From the NCBI GenBank assembly GCA_951406725.2, contig OX597817.1:157418001-157482000 (forward strand): 64,000 nt of DNA. Reading direction: 5' to 3'. The notes beneath the pieces are model-generated. The model was not told the DNA's origin, searched no databases, and saw only the letters and a list, made by a program, of their open reading frames with translations. Shown here in pieces: positions 62,318 to 64,000 of this stretch (position 1 is the first letter of the stretch; each line of letters begins with the position of its first letter). This DNA is from Octopus vulgaris (taxonomy: Eukaryota). A program made the position numbers and the translations under genes.

Positions 62318-64000
62318 GTGAGTCTCTAAGTTTTGCTACAGTTAGTCTATGTTTTGAGCTGGCAGTATCGTTAGCAAGCTGGGCAAAATGCTTAGCAGCA
62401 TTTCGTCTGTCATCATGTCCTGAGTTCAAATTCCACCAAGGTTGATTTTACATTTTATTCTTTCAGGGTCAATAAAATAAGTACCAGTTGAGCACTGGGG
62501 TTGATGTAATTGACCTACCTATTTCTTTACTACCCACAAGGGGCTAAACATAGAGAGGACAAACAAGGGCAGACAAACGGATTAAGTCGATTATATCAAC
62601 CCCAGTGCATAACTGGTACTTAATTTATCAACCCCGAAAGGATGAAAGGCAAAGTTGACCTCAGCGGAATTTGAACTCAGAATGTAACATTAGACAAAAT
62701 ACTGCTAAGCATTTCGCTCGGTGTGCTAACGTTTCTGCCAGCTCGCCGCCTACCTACTTCCTCAAAGTTGCTGGCTTTGTGCCAAAATTCGAAACCATTA
62801 TATGTTTTCATTTAATTTTAGTGACTCATTTTTAAGCTTTAATATTTCCAGCCACTGAGTTATAGTCAATCTAGGATACTGGGATACACCAATACTATTG
62901 TATACTGTAGCATTTCCTTAAGGGAGTTCTCTACGACTACCATCTTATGTGTTTCTTGCTGTGATGTAGCTTCAACTGGGCTTTTAAGAAGTAGGATGTT
63001 TAAGTGTTGACATCTGCTCCATTCAGATCACTTATGCTTAGCAGGAGGTTATTGAAGTAATACAATCCAGTACCAGGCTATTTCCATATCTATTTCTAAT
63101 GAAGGATAGAGATACAGAGAATTTCAGTGTTTTCTGTTGTATTCACCAATAGTCAATCCTTCTGAAGTTTGTAGAGGAATCCTGTTATCTCCTTCCTCCC
63201 CACGAGCACAATATTTAAAAAAAAATTTCTTTTGGTTGCTTTGACAACTACATGCCTTTACAGACTAATGTGAAGTTAAGGAACTGTGAGCATGTAGCAA
63301 CTTTTCTGTAGAGTTTTTACCTTTGGTTCTTAACCTTGGCTGGTCCCTTTTGAACACCATTTTTCTGTTTTTGAATCCTACATGGTTTCAATTGATCTTC
63401 AGGTTCCCTTTCCTTCTCATTCTTACAAGATTAGAACAGTGACCTGGGCCAAAAGACCAACTCTCTATTGGAGTGATGAGACTTTCCTACTCTTACTGGG
63501 TACACTATTTCTGTATCTACTGGTGGTAGGGATGCTACTAATGCTACTGTTGTTGTTATTGTTGTTAAGCAACAAGACGGGTAAGGGTGATTAGGTGATG
63601 GTCTAGGGCTTAGGGGCGGGAGACCCCAGACCTTGGAAAAAAAAAAACTTTGGCCGTCTTGTTGTAGTCGAGGGCTCTTCGTTGACGCCCAACACCACTG
63701 GGAGCTGGCTCTCGAAGTCGCTGGAAATAGAGATCTCCAGGTCCAAATTCTTGGATGGCTGCTGTTGCTGATGAGAAAGTAGCTTCATTTTTCCGGCCTA
63801 TTATTGAAATGGGGTCAAATGTTTCTTTAGCAACAGACGTTTTGCTCTGTGTCCCTATGGTTTGCACATAAAGGACTTGCTACTCCTCTTTCTGTGACTG
63901 CCAATTGTACATTATTTTTTCGATTTTCCCATTTTTATTTTGAGAACAGAAAGCCCAGCATTGATTTTTGTTACATGTAGATCTTGGACTTTATTACTTG

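Noticed and set aside
62318-64000. Terminal coding exon of the kinase
   Set aside because: The acceptors I tested (about 62851 and 63402) give an immediate stop or non-PfkB sequence; the final exon probably lies beyond the window.

Overview
AT-rich, repeat-dense animal genomic DNA. The SINE/LINE families and microsatellite load look like Octopus (coleoid cephalopod); this is inferred from repeat content. One + strand gene spans almost the whole window. I reconstructed 17 phase-consistent coding exons (11337..62317, 1916 nt, 638 codons plus 2 nt, 3'-incomplete). They encode a bifunctional pseudouridine-5'-phosphate glycosidase (PsuG/IndA) fused to a PfkB-family pseudouridine kinase (PsuK-like), with a possible mitochondrial presequence. 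One intron (33014..35250) carries U12 minor-spliceosome signals but ends in non-canonical TG. The introns hold RTE, CR1-like, R4-like and Penelope-like retroelement remnants, several tRNA-SINE families, mariner/maT/Tc2/piggyBac-like/Mutator-like DNA elements and non-autonomous Helitrons. The main surprise is a set of minimal type-I hammerhead ribozyme motifs. The clearest is a 1.9-kb head-to-tail plus fold-back array of a 362-bp unit (11771..13700) inserted in (TA)n. Each unit carries a hammerhead with a U3-A8 core covariation (retrozyme or Penelope pseudo-LTR-like). About ten further hammerhead-like motifs from other families are dispersed, mostly next to (TA)n tracts. Almost all ORFs in the supplied track are microsatellite or repeat artefacts. 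Repeat boundaries are approximate unless TSDs or TIRs are cited.
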